A stretch of DNA of 64,000 nt from Spirochaetota bacterium. GTDB taxonomy: Bacteria; Spirochaetota; UBA4802; JAFGDQ01. The DNA is taken from positions 1-64,000 of the forward strand of contig JAZDKB010000006.1 of assembly GCA_043803405.1 (NCBI GenBank). Direction: 5' to 3'. This document shows positions 40,931 through 50,776 of the stretch, piece after piece. Every line of letters starts with the position of its first letter. The stretch's first letter is position 1. The notes beneath the pieces were generated by a model. The model made no database searches. It had not been told where the DNA came from and was given only the letters and a program-made list of their open reading frames with translations. Position numbers and translations under genes: made by a program.

Positions 40931-43390
40931 TTACGGCAATGGAACCGCTTTCCCGGTTGAAAGATCGTACTGGGTTCTTTTTATCAGTTCGTCTTTCATT
41001 GCATCATTTAAGTCATTGAAGAATGCTGAATATCCCGATACGCGCACAATGAGATCCCTGTACTTATCCGGGTTTTTACGCGCGTTTATAAGATCATTAT
41101 AGGATTGTATGTTATATTGAACCTGCATACCGTTCTTTTGAAAATAAGCTCCGATCATGGAACTGAATTTTTCTTTAAATTCATCCTGCCCGATCATGGC
41201 CGGAGGGGTGTACTTTATATTAAGCGCGTATCCACCCGGTATATTCAGAAATCCCAAACTCCCAATCGCGTTATATGCTGCGGTCAGCGAAGTTGCAGAC
41301 TGCGATGCGGGCGTTATCCCGCTTGAAAATACTTCGTGCGCTGCTCTGCCGCTCGGCAATGCCCACGCTATTTTACCAAGCCCGGCATGATTTGTCATTG
41401 ACCAGAACGCGGGACGGTATTTCCCTCCGCGGTAATTAGTGTATGACTGGTAAAGCCCATATAAAAATGAAATAAGCTCTTTTGAATTTGAAAGAGCAAT
41501 CGGATCTTCGGTGCCGTATTTCGGGGCGGACATCAGCAGTGTCCGGACTAAGCGTCCTTCGGCATCGCTAAAATTATTTTTTACTGCTTTCACTATCTCT
41601 TTCATTGTTGCTGTTTTTAAATTTAACACATATTGTATGGCATTCAGTGAATCACAGATATCCGCGAAACCGATATGAGTAACTCCCGAAGAATTGTATT
41701 TTGCTCCGCCGAATATAAGGTCATGGCCTTTTTCAACAGGGCCTTCAAACAGGCCGGATAAAAGCGGGGTAGGAAGATATTTCTGATATGTTCTGCCAAA
41801 AGCTTCATTAAGCGATATTCCCTGATCAATCAGCCATTCGAGCTGTTTATAGAATGCATCGCGGAATTCGGGATAATTCGTAAAAGCAGACGCGTCCCCG
41901 CTTTCGAAACTGATAAGCTCGTTCCCGGAGATATAAGGACGCCTGCCGTTATACAGGGCAAGGTCCATTGCCGCAGACAGATTTATAAGCAGAGAGGAGG
42001 ACGATGAGTACTCGCGGCCGGCGCTCCCCAGCTCAACGCATCCTATTACAGCATAGTCGCGTGCGTCGCTTTCGGATACTCCCTGGTTCACCAGTGTCCC
42101 TATGTTTGTAATGTCATTATAAAAAGCAGGGATTGCGCGGGTGTTAAGAACAACCTGGCTTACCCTGTCTCTGTATTCCCTGCTGTTCTTTTCAAGATGA
42201 TAGCGCGCGTTTACGTTTGGATCGCGAAGCTTAAGAAGCTCAGTTACACGAAGCATAATATAAGTGAGATCGTTCACCGCGTCTTCGCCATTTCTGTCCA
42301 CGCCGCCGAGCGTTACTGCGGGCACTGAAGCAGCGCCGCCGAACAGTTTTTCCGCCGATTCCGGTACAAGGTTGGTGTTGTCTCCGAATTTGAGCCATAA
42401 ACAGCCGCAAATACTAATTGCTTCTTCAATACTTATTTTATTATCCAGATAATCTTTTTTAAAGAATGGATACAGCAGCTGGTCGACGCGTCCCGGATTA
42501 AGAGCCATGTTTACGTTTTCGGCCAGCACTCCGATGTGGCAAAGCAGGAGCGCGTTTGCCGCCTCGCGGAAATTCCGCGGAGGATTCGCCGGCACATTAT
42601 CGCAAATTCCTGCTATTGAAAGTAAGTTATTTTTCGATCGGGGATCAGAAGCACCTTTTGCTTTTTTGCGGGCTGCTTCTGCCAGGTTCGATGCGTAATT
42701 AATAATACCGCGCAAAGCAATTTGCACAGATAGATAAAAGTTAATTTTATTTTTTTTATCTTCCGAATCTGGAACGCTGAAAAGCATATCTATTTTTTCC
42801 TGCGCTTCTGCAATAATGCCGTTCAGTCCTATAGCCAGCATCTTCTCATAATACGGAGTAGTGTGCGATATAACCGAAGCTTTGCCTGCCAGGAAAAAGT
42901 TTATCTTCTCCAAAAGGGCCATTGCCGGAGGATTAAGTTCTTTTCTCGTCCTTTCAGTAATGCTTTTGTCAATCCAGTACGGATAAACCGAGAAATTAAG
43001 CGTTTCCGCGTCCTTTTCGCTTAAATATTGCGGATTTACTTTTCTTTTGCTTATCGTATCAAGCTCCGGCCATATTGCCAGTCCCATGTAATCAGGATAC
43101 ACAGGCGCGCCGAACGTTTTGGAAGTCGAATTACCAGCTAATAGATTATTATCATGAAAAATTGCTTTTCGGTTTGTAAGATAATGATTTACGGCGCCTG
43201 CCCTCTGTATCTGAACCGGTTCGCTTTCATGATTTTTAATATACTCGGTAACAAGAACAGCTCTTTCAATGCAGACTTCTGTTCTTGCATTTACAAGGTT
43301 TTCCCTGAGCTCTTTTAACAGGGGGATGGTGTCGTAATTATAACCACAAAGGCTTATATCAGACTGAGTCTCTTTAGAAACAATAAGCAT
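40931..43390 (-). CDS. Glycyl radical enzyme (PFL superfamily) of unknown function
   Basis: VCIERA, LLAGN, GRVDQLLYP, Cys loop IGCVE, Gly loop LIVRVSGYS; RBS AAGGAG. Confidence 0.92.
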   Translation of the reverse strand: MLIVSKETQSDISLCGYNYDTIPLLKELRENLVNARTEVCIERAVLVTEYIKNHESEPVQIQRAGAVNHYLTNRKAIFHDNNLLAGNSTSKTFGAPVYPDYMGLAIWPELDTISKRKVNPQYLSEKDAETLNFSVYPYWIDKSITERTRKELNPPAMALLEKINFFLAGKASVISHTTPYYEKMLAIGLNGIIAEAQEKIDMLFSVPDSEDKKNKINFYLSVQIALRGIINYASNLAEAARKKAKGASDPRSKNNLLSIAGICDNVPANPPRNFREAANALLLCHIGVLAENVNMALNPGRVDQLLYPFFKKDYLDNKISIEEAISICGCLWLKFGDNTNLVPESAEKLFGGAASVPAVTLGGVDRNGEDAVNDLTYIMLRVTELLKLRDPNVNARYHLEKNSREYRDRVSQVVLNTRAIPAFYNDITNIGTLVNQGVSESDARDYAVIGCVELGSAGREYSSSSSLLINLSAAMDLALYNGRRPYISGNELISFESGDASAFTNYPEFRDAFYKQLEWLIDQGISLNEAFGRTYQKYLPTPLLSGLFEGPVEKGHDLIFGGAKYNSSGVTHIGFADICDSLNAIQYVLNLKTATMKEIVKAVKNNFSDAEGRLVRTLLMSAPKYGTEDPIALSNSKELISFLYGLYQSYTNYRGGKYRPAFWSMTNHAGLGKIAWALPSGRAAHEVFSSGITPASQSATSLTAAYNAIGSLGFLNIPGGYALNIKYTPPAMIGQDEFKEKFSSMIGAYFQKNGMQVQYNIQSYNDLINARKNPDKYRDLIVRVSGYSAFFNDLNDAMKDELIKRTQYDLSTGKAVPLP

Positions 43391-43641
43391 AATAACTCTC
43401 CTTATAAAATAGATTATAGTTACAGCTTATTTCTGCAGGTAAGATCGTAGACCGGATAACCGGAAATTCAGATAGGCAGGCAAGGGGAGTTTTGCATTTT
43501 TAAAACAGATAAAGATATGCTCTCTGCCCGATTTGAGTGACAGAGAAATTGAATTTCTGATTTACCATTAATAAAACAATGGAATTTAACCTGCAAAAAT
43601 ATTATCTTAAGGATTATATTCTTATATTTTTCGTTTAAGGG

Positions 43642-44901
43642 TTAAATTTTTATCGATTTAATATCTTTTCCGGTTTCATAAACAAATACAACCGGGCCGG
43701 AGGCAATTGAGCTTTTATTCGCTGTAAGCCAGCCGCCGGAATTTAAAAGGGTAATTCTTTTATTATCAAATAAATATGATTTATTGTCATTTGATACAAC
43801 CGGTACATGAGTGTGTCCGAATAAAAATGTGTCCGGTATTCCGGAGACATTTTTTATGCGTCCATCTCTTTGCAGCTGCTCTATTTCAAGTCTGGAAGAT
43901 GTAATATAATCATTGAATCTGTCAATACAGCCTTCATCTTTATTTATTGTAAGATCGGAAATGTAATCCGAATTTCTCATTTTCTTTAATGATTTTATTG
44001 TAATATTAGTGAGGATTTTTTTCAGAATCCAGGAAGTTAAGCCGAATAATTTTGCTATCTTCAGCTCTTTGATGATATAAGGAACAATATTTTTTATGCT
44101 GTTTTTTATCGGGGCATATTTGCCGTCTGTAACAGCCTTTTCTATTTCGAGTGCAAAATCCGTAAGCGGGCCTGCCTGTCCTATTCCTATGGAACCGAGT
44201 TCGCATAACGGGAAATTAACGGCAATAAAATCTTTTATATTAAACGAATCTTTCTTTGCCGTTAAAACTTTGTATAATAGTGAAAGAGCAGACCAGTATG
44301 TTTCCAGGTATTGCCCGTGCGTCATCAGAATTGTTTTTTCTTCGGTAAAAAGATACAAATTCGGGAAAGCCACAAGGAACGGAATGTAATCGGGTGTTCC
44401 GGGCTTATTATCCGGGATCAGGTTATCGAGAAACATACCCCCGTATGCTTCAACGGAATCATCCTGATCTTTTCTGGTCACACCAGCCAGGGTATATTTA
44501 TTAATGGCGTCCTTCCTGTCATCCATAATAAAAGGAACGGACATTTTAAATTTTCTTGCAGGTTTGCCGTTATTTATTTGATTAATTACATTTGATTGAT
44601 GTTCGATCGTATGCCATATATTATAATCATGATTGCCCGGAATGTATACAATGCGTTTTACGGCTTTTGCTTCCTTAATACTCTTGAAAAACCTGTAGCT
44701 GTACTGGTATACATCTTCGTAGTCGTTTATTGCAAAATCCATTATATCGCCGAGCAGTATCAGGCAATCATTGTCCTTGCCCATTATATCAAGCAGTTTG
44801 CCGAGATTCGCTCCGTCCTTTATGCTCCCGTCGGCATTTTTATCGAAAAGCGTGCACTCCGGATCGCCAAGATGCGTGTCAGATATTATCGTGCATTTCA
44901 T
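43642..44901 (-). CDS. Calcineurin-like metallophosphoesterase
   Basis: SDTHLG, LLGDIMD, IPGNHD, THG, FGHTH, NSGGW. Confidence 0.85.
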   Translation of the reverse strand: MKCTIISDTHLGDPECTLFDKNADGSIKDGANLGKLLDIMGKDNDCLILLGDIMDFAINDYEDVYQYSYRFFKSIKEAKAVKRIVYIPGNHDYNIWHTIEHQSNVINQINNGKPARKFKMSVPFIMDDRKDAINKYTLAGVTRKDQDDSVEAYGGMFLDNLIPDNKPGTPDYIPFLVAFPNLYLFTEEKTILMTHGQYLETYWSALSLLYKVLTAKKDSFNIKDFIAVNFPLCELGSIGIGQAGPLTDFALEIEKAVTDGKYAPIKNSIKNIVPYIIKELKIAKLFGLTSWILKKILTNITIKSLKKMRNSDYISDLTINKDEGCIDRFNDYITSSRLEIEQLQRDGRIKNVSGIPDTFLFGHTHVPVVSNDNKSYLFDNKRITLLNSGGWLTANKSSIASGPVVFVYETGKDIKSIKI

Positions 44902-45076
44902 GTGTTTGTCTGCAAAATAATTAATGTGTAATTGTTCCAAAAGATGCGAAAAAATATTGTAGGCGCTATAAGCAGGCAATTAATGTTTAATATATTAAAT
45001 TGTTATTATTAAAAAAGCAAGGTAATTTTATAAATCAGACAGGATATTTTTATATATTATTATTTCCGCTAAATAT

Positions 45077-45859
45077 TTACTTCAGCAGTGAATCCCAGTT
45101 TACAATGCGGCCGTCAAAAACAGGACCGTCAACGCAGGCTCTTTTAATTCCGGAGATCGTTTCAACCGCGCATCCGAAACATAACCCTATTCCGCAGCCG
45201 AAATAATTTTCAAGCGAGGCTTCTATTGGAGTGTCCGATTGTTTAGCAATGCCGGCAATGGCTTTCATCATTACGGAAGGACCGCATGTATAAATTATAT
45301 CGAATTTATTTTGCTGTAAAATAGCTGCTGCGGCATCTCCTGCTGTTCCTTTTTGCCCTTCGGAACCATTATCCGTATATAAATAAAACATATCCGCTAT
45401 TGCTTTAAAATCATTCTTATTAAAGATGAATTCTTTTGATCTTGCAGCGTAAATATAATGAATTTTATTATTTCCGGTATTTAATGTTCTTGCAAGATAA
45501 TATAACGGCGCATTTCCAACTCCCCCTCCGATCAGCAATACGCTTTTATTCTCTGCGATCGAAAACCCATGGCCAAGCGGACCTATAACATCAAGCAGTG
45601 ACTGCGCTTTAATATCTTTCAGCAGTTTTGTCCCTTTGCCGACTATTCTAAAAATTATTTCAATGGTATTGCTGTTCTGGTTATAAATTGAGAAAGGACG
45701 CCTTAATAAAGGTTCCAGATCGCCGATTTTTATATTCACGAACTGGCCCGGAGCGGAATAATTTTGTTTAATATTAATTTTTAAAAGATAATGATCTTTG
45801 CAGACTTCCAGAGGTTTTTCTGTTACAAGAGCTATGCAGGCTTTAGGATTCGGGTTCAT
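45077..45859 (-). CDS. pyrK: Dihydroorotate dehydrogenase electron transfer subunit
   Basis: PGQFV, LRRPFS, GPLGHGF, GGGVG, CGP, CGIGLCFGC..CVDGPVF. Confidence 0.88.
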   Translation of the reverse strand: MNPNPKACIALVTEKPLEVCKDHYLLKINIKQNYSAPGQFVNIKIGDLEPLLRRPFSIYNQNSNTIEIIFRIVGKGTKLLKDIKAQSLLDVIGPLGHGFSIAENKSVLLIGGGVGNAPLYYLARTLNTGNNKIHYIYAARSKEFIFNKNDFKAIADMFYLYTDNGSEGQKGTAGDAAAAILQQNKFDIIYTCGPSVMMKAIAGIAKQSDTPIEASLENYFGCGIGLCFGCAVETISGIKRACVDGPVFDGRIVNWDSLLK

Positions 45860-46427
45860 CTTTTGTAAATTTGATTGATTTTAGTTCAGTATAAATCGGG
45901 CCTTCTTTTGTTAAGGAAGACGAATACAGCGATAACTTTGTAAATGACGATTGGTATAAAAATAACTCTTTATTCTCGACAAGATATTGCCTCATGTTTT
46001 CACTCAGCTTTTTGCCTTTTCGTATCCTGGCCAGCGTAATATGGGGCGTAAATACATTTTTTTCTTTCTTGAATTTTAAGTCTGTGCCAAATTTTTCAGC
46101 GATCTGTGCCAGCTTATTAATCAGCTGTTCATCGGTTTTAATCCCTGCCCATATAACGTTCGGATTTTTTAAATCAGGGAAAACACCAAGGCCGAACAGC
46201 GTAAATGGGAAGATTTTTTTGTGCCAGGCAGTATTTTCAAAACCCTCTTCGATTTTATTTTGCATCTTTTCGCTGCATTCACCGAAGAATTTTAAGGTAA
46301 TATGATAATTTTCCGGCGATACTATTTTAAGCTCATTATCGAATCTTTTGAGGTAGCCGAAAACATCGTTTAATCGCTCATGTATGGTTTCATTGTTTAA
46401 TGGAAGCGCAATAAAAAGCCTGGGCAT
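45843..46427 (-). CDS. thpR: RNA 2',3'-cyclic phosphodiesterase (2H family)
   Basis: RLFIAL, HITLKF and PHITLAR motifs, SSLTKEGPIY. Confidence 0.9.
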   Translation of the reverse strand: MPRLFIALPLNNETIHERLNDVFGYLKRFDNELKIVSPENYHITLKFFGECSEKMQNKIEEGFENTAWHKKIFPFTLFGLGVFPDLKNPNVIWAGIKTDEQLINKLAQIAEKFGTDLKFKKEKNVFTPHITLARIRKGKKLSENMRQYLVENKELFLYQSSFTKLSLYSSSLTKEGPIYTELKSIKFTKDEPES

Positions 46428-46448
46428 AAGAGTTCTCCATATTGTTTA

Positions 46449-47150
46449 TCACAGATCTTCAATGTCTTGTTCCGGATTAGTAAAATATTTTCCCGATTTT
46501 CTATATTCAAATTTTATAAGTTTGAAATCAATTGTTTTTTTTCTTATGTCGGATTTAATTTCGATTGTAATATTAAACTTTCTAACCTCGACAGGTAAAG
46601 AATTGAATGCAATAAATCTTAAAATTTTTTCTCCCGGTTTAATTAGCAGGTCATGTTTACTAATGTCCGTTGTGAAATCAATATAATTATCGCATAATTC
46701 ATCCGTGACTAACTTAAACTGGCTGAATAATTCTTTAAAATTTATACATGAATATTCGGATGATCCATATTTTAATTTTATATTATCTTCTGTTAATGCT
46801 TCAGATATTATATTATCATAGCGGAGTTTTATTTCCCCGATCTCGATGGGGAAATCTCCTGTGTTTTCCAGCACAATTTTAAAGAAAAGCAGCCCCGGGA
46901 TCCGGAAGGGAATATTACCGTTTTCTTCATTAATAAAGATTTCGTTTTTTAATACATCAGGTATTAGTTCCTTTTTTATTTCCTGAAGCGCAATGCTGAA
47001 ATTAGAGCTTACTATAAATGTGCATCTTTTATCTATAATTCTGGAATCAATCGTATCTGCGGGAATAACATCTGTTACAATTGCCGTTCTTGATGAGCAG
47101 GTATTTAAAAACAGAACGAATATCAGGCTAATATATTTAATAAAATTCAT
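46449..47150 (-). CDS. Hypothetical lipoprotein
   Basis: MNFIKYISLIFVLFLNTC signal with terminal Cys; co-oriented with thpR-pyrK. Confidence 0.65.
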   Translation of the reverse strand: MNFIKYISLIFVLFLNTCSSRTAIVTDVIPADTIDSRIIDKRCTFIVSSNFSIALQEIKKELIPDVLKNEIFINEENGNIPFRIPGLLFFKIVLENTGDFPIEIGEIKLRYDNIISEALTEDNIKLKYGSSEYSCINFKELFSQFKLVTDELCDNYIDFTTDISKHDLLIKPGEKILRFIAFNSLPVEVRKFNITIEIKSDIRKKTIDFKLIKFEYRKSGKYFTNPEQDIEDL

Positions 47151-47197
47151 GTGCTTGTTTAAATTGAGCGGTTTATCCGGAATCATGATAATTTATA

Positions 47198-47344
47198 AAA
47201 TAATGATTATAAGTTCAGAACTTATTGTTATAATTCGTGAAGTTATTGTTATAAGTTGTTAAATAATCATTATAAGTTCAGAAGTTATTATCATAACTTG
47301 TGAAATAATGATCATAAGTTCACAAATAATCATCATTATTCTCC
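47198..47344. repeat. Seven degenerate 21-bp tandem repeats
   Basis: aaataatgattataagttcag / aacttattgttataattcgtg / aagttattgttataagttgtt / aaataatcattataagttcag / aagttattatcataacttgtg / aaataatgatcataagttcac / aaataatcatcattattctcc. Confidence 0.85.
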
Positions 47345-47396
47345 AAATAATTAAGGCTTAGGAAGCAATTTTAATAAAAAAACGCAATATAAGCAC

Positions 47397-49436
47397 TTAT
47401 TTTAATACGATCAAAGCATCAAGTGCAATCAGCCCGTCTTCATAGACCCGGACCGGGTTCAGATCCATTTCCTTTATTTCCGGGTGGCCTGTCATTAAAA
47501 GGCCGATCCTTACAAGCGCTTCTGCTATCCGGCGCTTGTCAACAGCAGGGGAGCCGCGCCATCCGTTAAAGAGCGCTTTCCCTTTCAGCTCGCTTATCAT
47601 TTCCTCTGCGTCAAATTGAGTCAGAGGAGCAAGACGCATGCTCACATCGTCAAGCGCTTCTGCTGTTACCCCGCCCAGGCCTAGCAGAACAGCAGGGCCG
47701 AAGCTTGCATCATTAATTGCTCCTATTATGATCTCAAGCCCGGGCTTTGCGGTTTCTTCTATAAGATATTTCTTTTTGCTTCCTGTTTTGATTTTATCGA
47801 TTTGTTTAAGCGCAGCCTCAAGCTGCTTTTCTGTTTTAACTCCGAGAATAACACCGCCTACCTCGGTTTTATGCTTTATTGTTTTATCCAGCACTTTAAC
47901 AACGCACGGTTTCCCAAGCTTTGCAAAGGCTTTTTTTGCTTTATCATGGCTTGCGCAGATGATCCGTTGCGGTGTGGTTATGCCTGTCCTGTCCAGAATA
48001 TCCAGCGCTTCCGCTTCGTCAGGGATTTCGGTCAAAGGAGCGATATCGATTTTGTCTGTAGCTACGTCCGCTCTTCTGCTTTTGCGATAAGCTGCCTTTG
48101 AGTCATCTACCAGGGCGCGAATTGCCTTTGCCGTCCTGTCGGGGGAAGGAAATGACGGAATATTATTTTCCGCGAGCGCCTTCTGCGTTGGATGTATATG
48201 CTCGGGAAAGCCGCCTGTACCTAGAATTAAAGGCTGCTTAATATCTTTAAATTGCTTAAAAAGGCTGACCGGATCAATTATTGCAGGCTCGTGAAGGGCG
48301 AATACGCTTAGAATATCTATTGCCGGATCATCCGCCATTGCCCTCATCACATTCGGGAATGTGTCGCCCGGACGCGTGGTATCAACCGGGTTCCTTATGA
48401 ATGATATCGGCGGCAGCTCCTTCTTTATCTTTTCAATTGTCGAAGGCTGCAGCTCCGGGATGAGGACGCCCTTGCTTCTAAGATAATCAGCAATCACAAG
48501 TCCGGGCCCTGCCTGGCCTGTCAGCAGCCCCACGCCCGGGTTTTCTTTAGGCTGAATACGCACGCGCGACAACAGATCTGCAGCGTCTATAATGTCGTCG
48601 CTCGATTCCGCCATAACCGCGCCTGCCTGAATTAAAGCTGCAATCTTTAATCTGTACGAACCAATCAGGTTTCCAGTGTGCGACGACGCGAATTCGGAAA
48701 TATCGGACTTGCCTATGGTTAAAAACAGGACCGGTTTCTTTTCAGCGGTTTTTTTTACAATATCATACAAACGCCTTCCCTCTTTTACTCCCTCAAGATA
48801 CAGAACAATTGCTTTTGTGTTATCATCATCCGCCAGGTATTCGACCACGTCCGAAACATTCACAACAGCTCCGTTACCGATTCCGGTAACAAGGCTTACT
48901 CCGAGATTCTGGGTCTGGATGAGCGCAACCAGGGTAAAGCTCATTGCGCCGCTCTGGGAAATAAGTCCGATGTTCCCCTGGCGCACATCGCCTATCCACG
49001 GATTGAAGTTGGCCGTTACGCCAAAGCGCGGATTTGCGAATCCGGCTGTGTTTGGGCCAAGAAGGCGTATGCCGTATTTGCGGCAAACGGAAACCAGTTC
49101 ATTCTGCATTCTTTCTCCTTCTCCGCCGGTTTCCGCAAAACCGCCGCCAATAATGAGAGCTGCTCCTGCGCCTGCTTCCCCTGCTTCCTTTAAAGCATCA
49201 ACGCATCTTTGTGCCGGAATAGTAAGGATGACGAGATCTATGGGATTGCCGATCGATTTAAGATCCGGATACGCCTTAAAGCTGAGGATGGAATCCGCTT
49301 TAGGATTAATAGGGTACAGCTTTCCGGGGAATGCCCTCAAGGCATACACCATTTGATATCCGGCCTTTGTTTCGTCAGCCGATGCGCCTACAACTGCGAT
49401 GGATTTAGGTTTATATAAGCTGTCCAAAGAATGCAT
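47397..49436 (-). CDS. Acyl-CoA synthetase (NDP-forming) / acetate-CoA ligase family, fused alpha-beta
   Basis: PKSIAVVGAS, GGFAETG, LLGPN, SQSG, ASSHTG phospho-His, HKTEVGGV, EMDLNP. Confidence 0.9.
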   Translation of the reverse strand: MHSLDSLYKPKSIAVVGASADETKAGYQMVYALRAFPGKLYPINPKADSILSFKAYPDLKSIGNPIDLVILTIPAQRCVDALKEAGEAGAGAALIIGGGFAETGGEGERMQNELVSVCRKYGIRLLGPNTAGFANPRFGVTANFNPWIGDVRQGNIGLISQSGAMSFTLVALIQTQNLGVSLVTGIGNGAVVNVSDVVEYLADDDNTKAIVLYLEGVKEGRRLYDIVKKTAEKKPVLFLTIGKSDISEFASSHTGNLIGSYRLKIAALIQAGAVMAESSDDIIDAADLLSRVRIQPKENPGVGLLTGQAGPGLVIADYLRSKGVLIPELQPSTIEKIKKELPPISFIRNPVDTTRPGDTFPNVMRAMADDPAIDILSVFALHEPAIIDPVSLFKQFKDIKQPLILGTGGFPEHIHPTQKALAENNIPSFPSPDRTAKAIRALVDDSKAAYRKSRRADVATDKIDIAPLTEIPDEAEALDILDRTGITTPQRIICASHDKAKKAFAKLGKPCVVKVLDKTIKHKTEVGGVILGVKTEKQLEAALKQIDKIKTGSKKKYLIEETAKPGLEIIIGAINDASFGPAVLLGLGGVTAEALDDVSMRLAPLTQFDAEEMISELKGKALFNGWRGSPAVDKRRIAEALVRIGLLMTGHPEIKEMDLNPVRVYEDGLIALDALIVLK

Positions 49437-49674
49437 ATATTTTCTCCTCGTATAATACTAGGTTTTGTGATGCACTCAAAATAATAAGAATAAAAAGATT
49501 TGCATGTCAATAACGAAATTATAGAATTATAATTGACTTGGATGACATCTTCACTATTGTTTTTTAGTAATTATTTCTTAATATAAAGTTTTCGTTAATA
49601 AATAGTTCGTTAATAGAATTTTAGCTCGGGCTGTCTCACACGAAATTTTTTAGTTGTAAATGGGATAAGCTCCC

Positions 49675-49777
49675 GGCCCCCTAAATCCCCCTAGAGGGGG
49701 ACTTTCGGCTTTTTTTAAAGAGAAAAGCTTGTACTTTTTCCGTTTTTAAGTCCCCCTCTAGGGGGATTTAGGGGGCC
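49675..49777. repeat. REP-like doublet: perfect 30-bp inverted repeat, each arm internally palindromic
   Basis: ggccccctaaatccccctagagggggactt (49675-49704) ... aagtccccctctagggggatttagggggcc (49748-49777). Confidence 0.85.
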
Positions 49778-49923
49778 AGAATGGTAATGGCATACTATAA
49801 TAATTGATTTATGTCCATCTTAGATACTTAAAATTATATTTATATTATTATGTAATAATTACTTATATGTTTTTAAAAATAAACTACTTCTTTATTTACT
49901 GAATAGGAATAGCGGTAAAATGC

Positions 49924-50664
49924 ATGCCAAAAGCGCCTTTGAATTTACAGACAACTACATTATGGGATTATCCGTCCCAGGCATATAAACGTTCAATGGA
50001 GTCGGAGAAAAAATTCCCAGGGGCCACACCCGCGTACGTTATATGGAATCTGCTGCAGCGTTATACAAAAGAAAAAGACCTTGTAGTAGATCCGATGTGC
50101 GGGAGCGGGACAGCAATGGATGTTGCGCGCGACCTGAAAAGACGCGCGCTCGGCTATGACATAAATCCTGTGCGCAAAGACATATTCAGGGCAGACGCGC
50201 GGAAAATTCCATTAGAGGACGGGAAAGCGGACTTTGTATTTGTGGACCCGCCTTATTCGGATCACATACGCTATTCGGGATTAAAGGAGTGCATAGGAGA
50301 ATTAAGCGCCCTAAGCGAAGAATATTATAAAGCAATGAAAATAGTAATAACGGAAATGCACCGCGTACTTAGAGAAGAGCGGTACATGGCGCTGTATGTT
50401 TCGGATTCATTTGAAAAAAGCAAACCTTTCATGCCTATCGGATTCAGGTTGTTTTCGATGTTGAACGAATTTTTCGTTCCTGTTGATATAATTGCAGTTA
50501 CCCGCCATAATGCCAGTATGTCAAAAGGAAACTGGCATAAAGCCGCAGCAGAACAAAATTATTTTCTTCGCGGCTTTAATTATCTTTTTATCATGTTTAA
50601 ACCTTCGGAAAAGAAGAAACAATATTTCCTGCCGGACAGAAGAAATATAAAGAGTGAATCTTAA
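49924..50664 (+). CDS. Amino-methyltransferase (N4-C/N6-A DNA MTase-like or TRM11-like), orphan
   Basis: TTLWDYP, VVDPMCGSGT (motif I), VDPPY (motif IV). Confidence 0.78.
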   Translation: MPKAPLNLQTTTLWDYPSQAYKRSMESEKKFPGATPAYVIWNLLQRYTKEKDLVVDPMCGSGTAMDVARDLKRRALGYDINPVRKDIFRADARKIPLEDGKADFVFVDPPYSDHIRYSGLKECIGELSALSEEYYKAMKIVITEMHRVLREERYMALYVSDSFEKSKPFMPIGFRLFSMLNEFFVPVDIIAVTRHNASMSKGNWHKAAAEQNYFLRGFNYLFIMFKPSEKKKQYFLPDRRNIKSES

Positions 50665-50678
50665 CAAGAATGTAGCTT

Positions 50679-50752
50679 AGAGTGCGTCCTAAAACCTTCA
50701 GACCTATATTGTCTTACATTACGATATCGCAACAGGTTTTAGGATACACTTT
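50679..50752. repeat. Short element bounded by imperfect inverted repeats (MITE or IS scar)
   Basis: agtgcgtcctaaaacct ... aggttttaggatacact, 15/17 match; tta and taa lie just outside. Confidence 0.5.
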
Positions 50753-50776
50753 TAATCAGAATTTAAAAGAATTACT

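Noticed and set aside
40931..43390. Pyruvate formate-lyase (pflB) or anaerobic ribonucleotide reductase
   Set aside because: Single-Cys GCVE loop rather than the PFL CC pair; no NrdD zinc motif or RVCGY-type loop.
47198..47344. CRISPR array
   Set aside because: Units are contiguous and degenerate, with no unique spacers and no cas genes.
48676..49356. 226-aa plus-strand ORF
   Set aside because: Antisense to the acyl-CoA synthetase.
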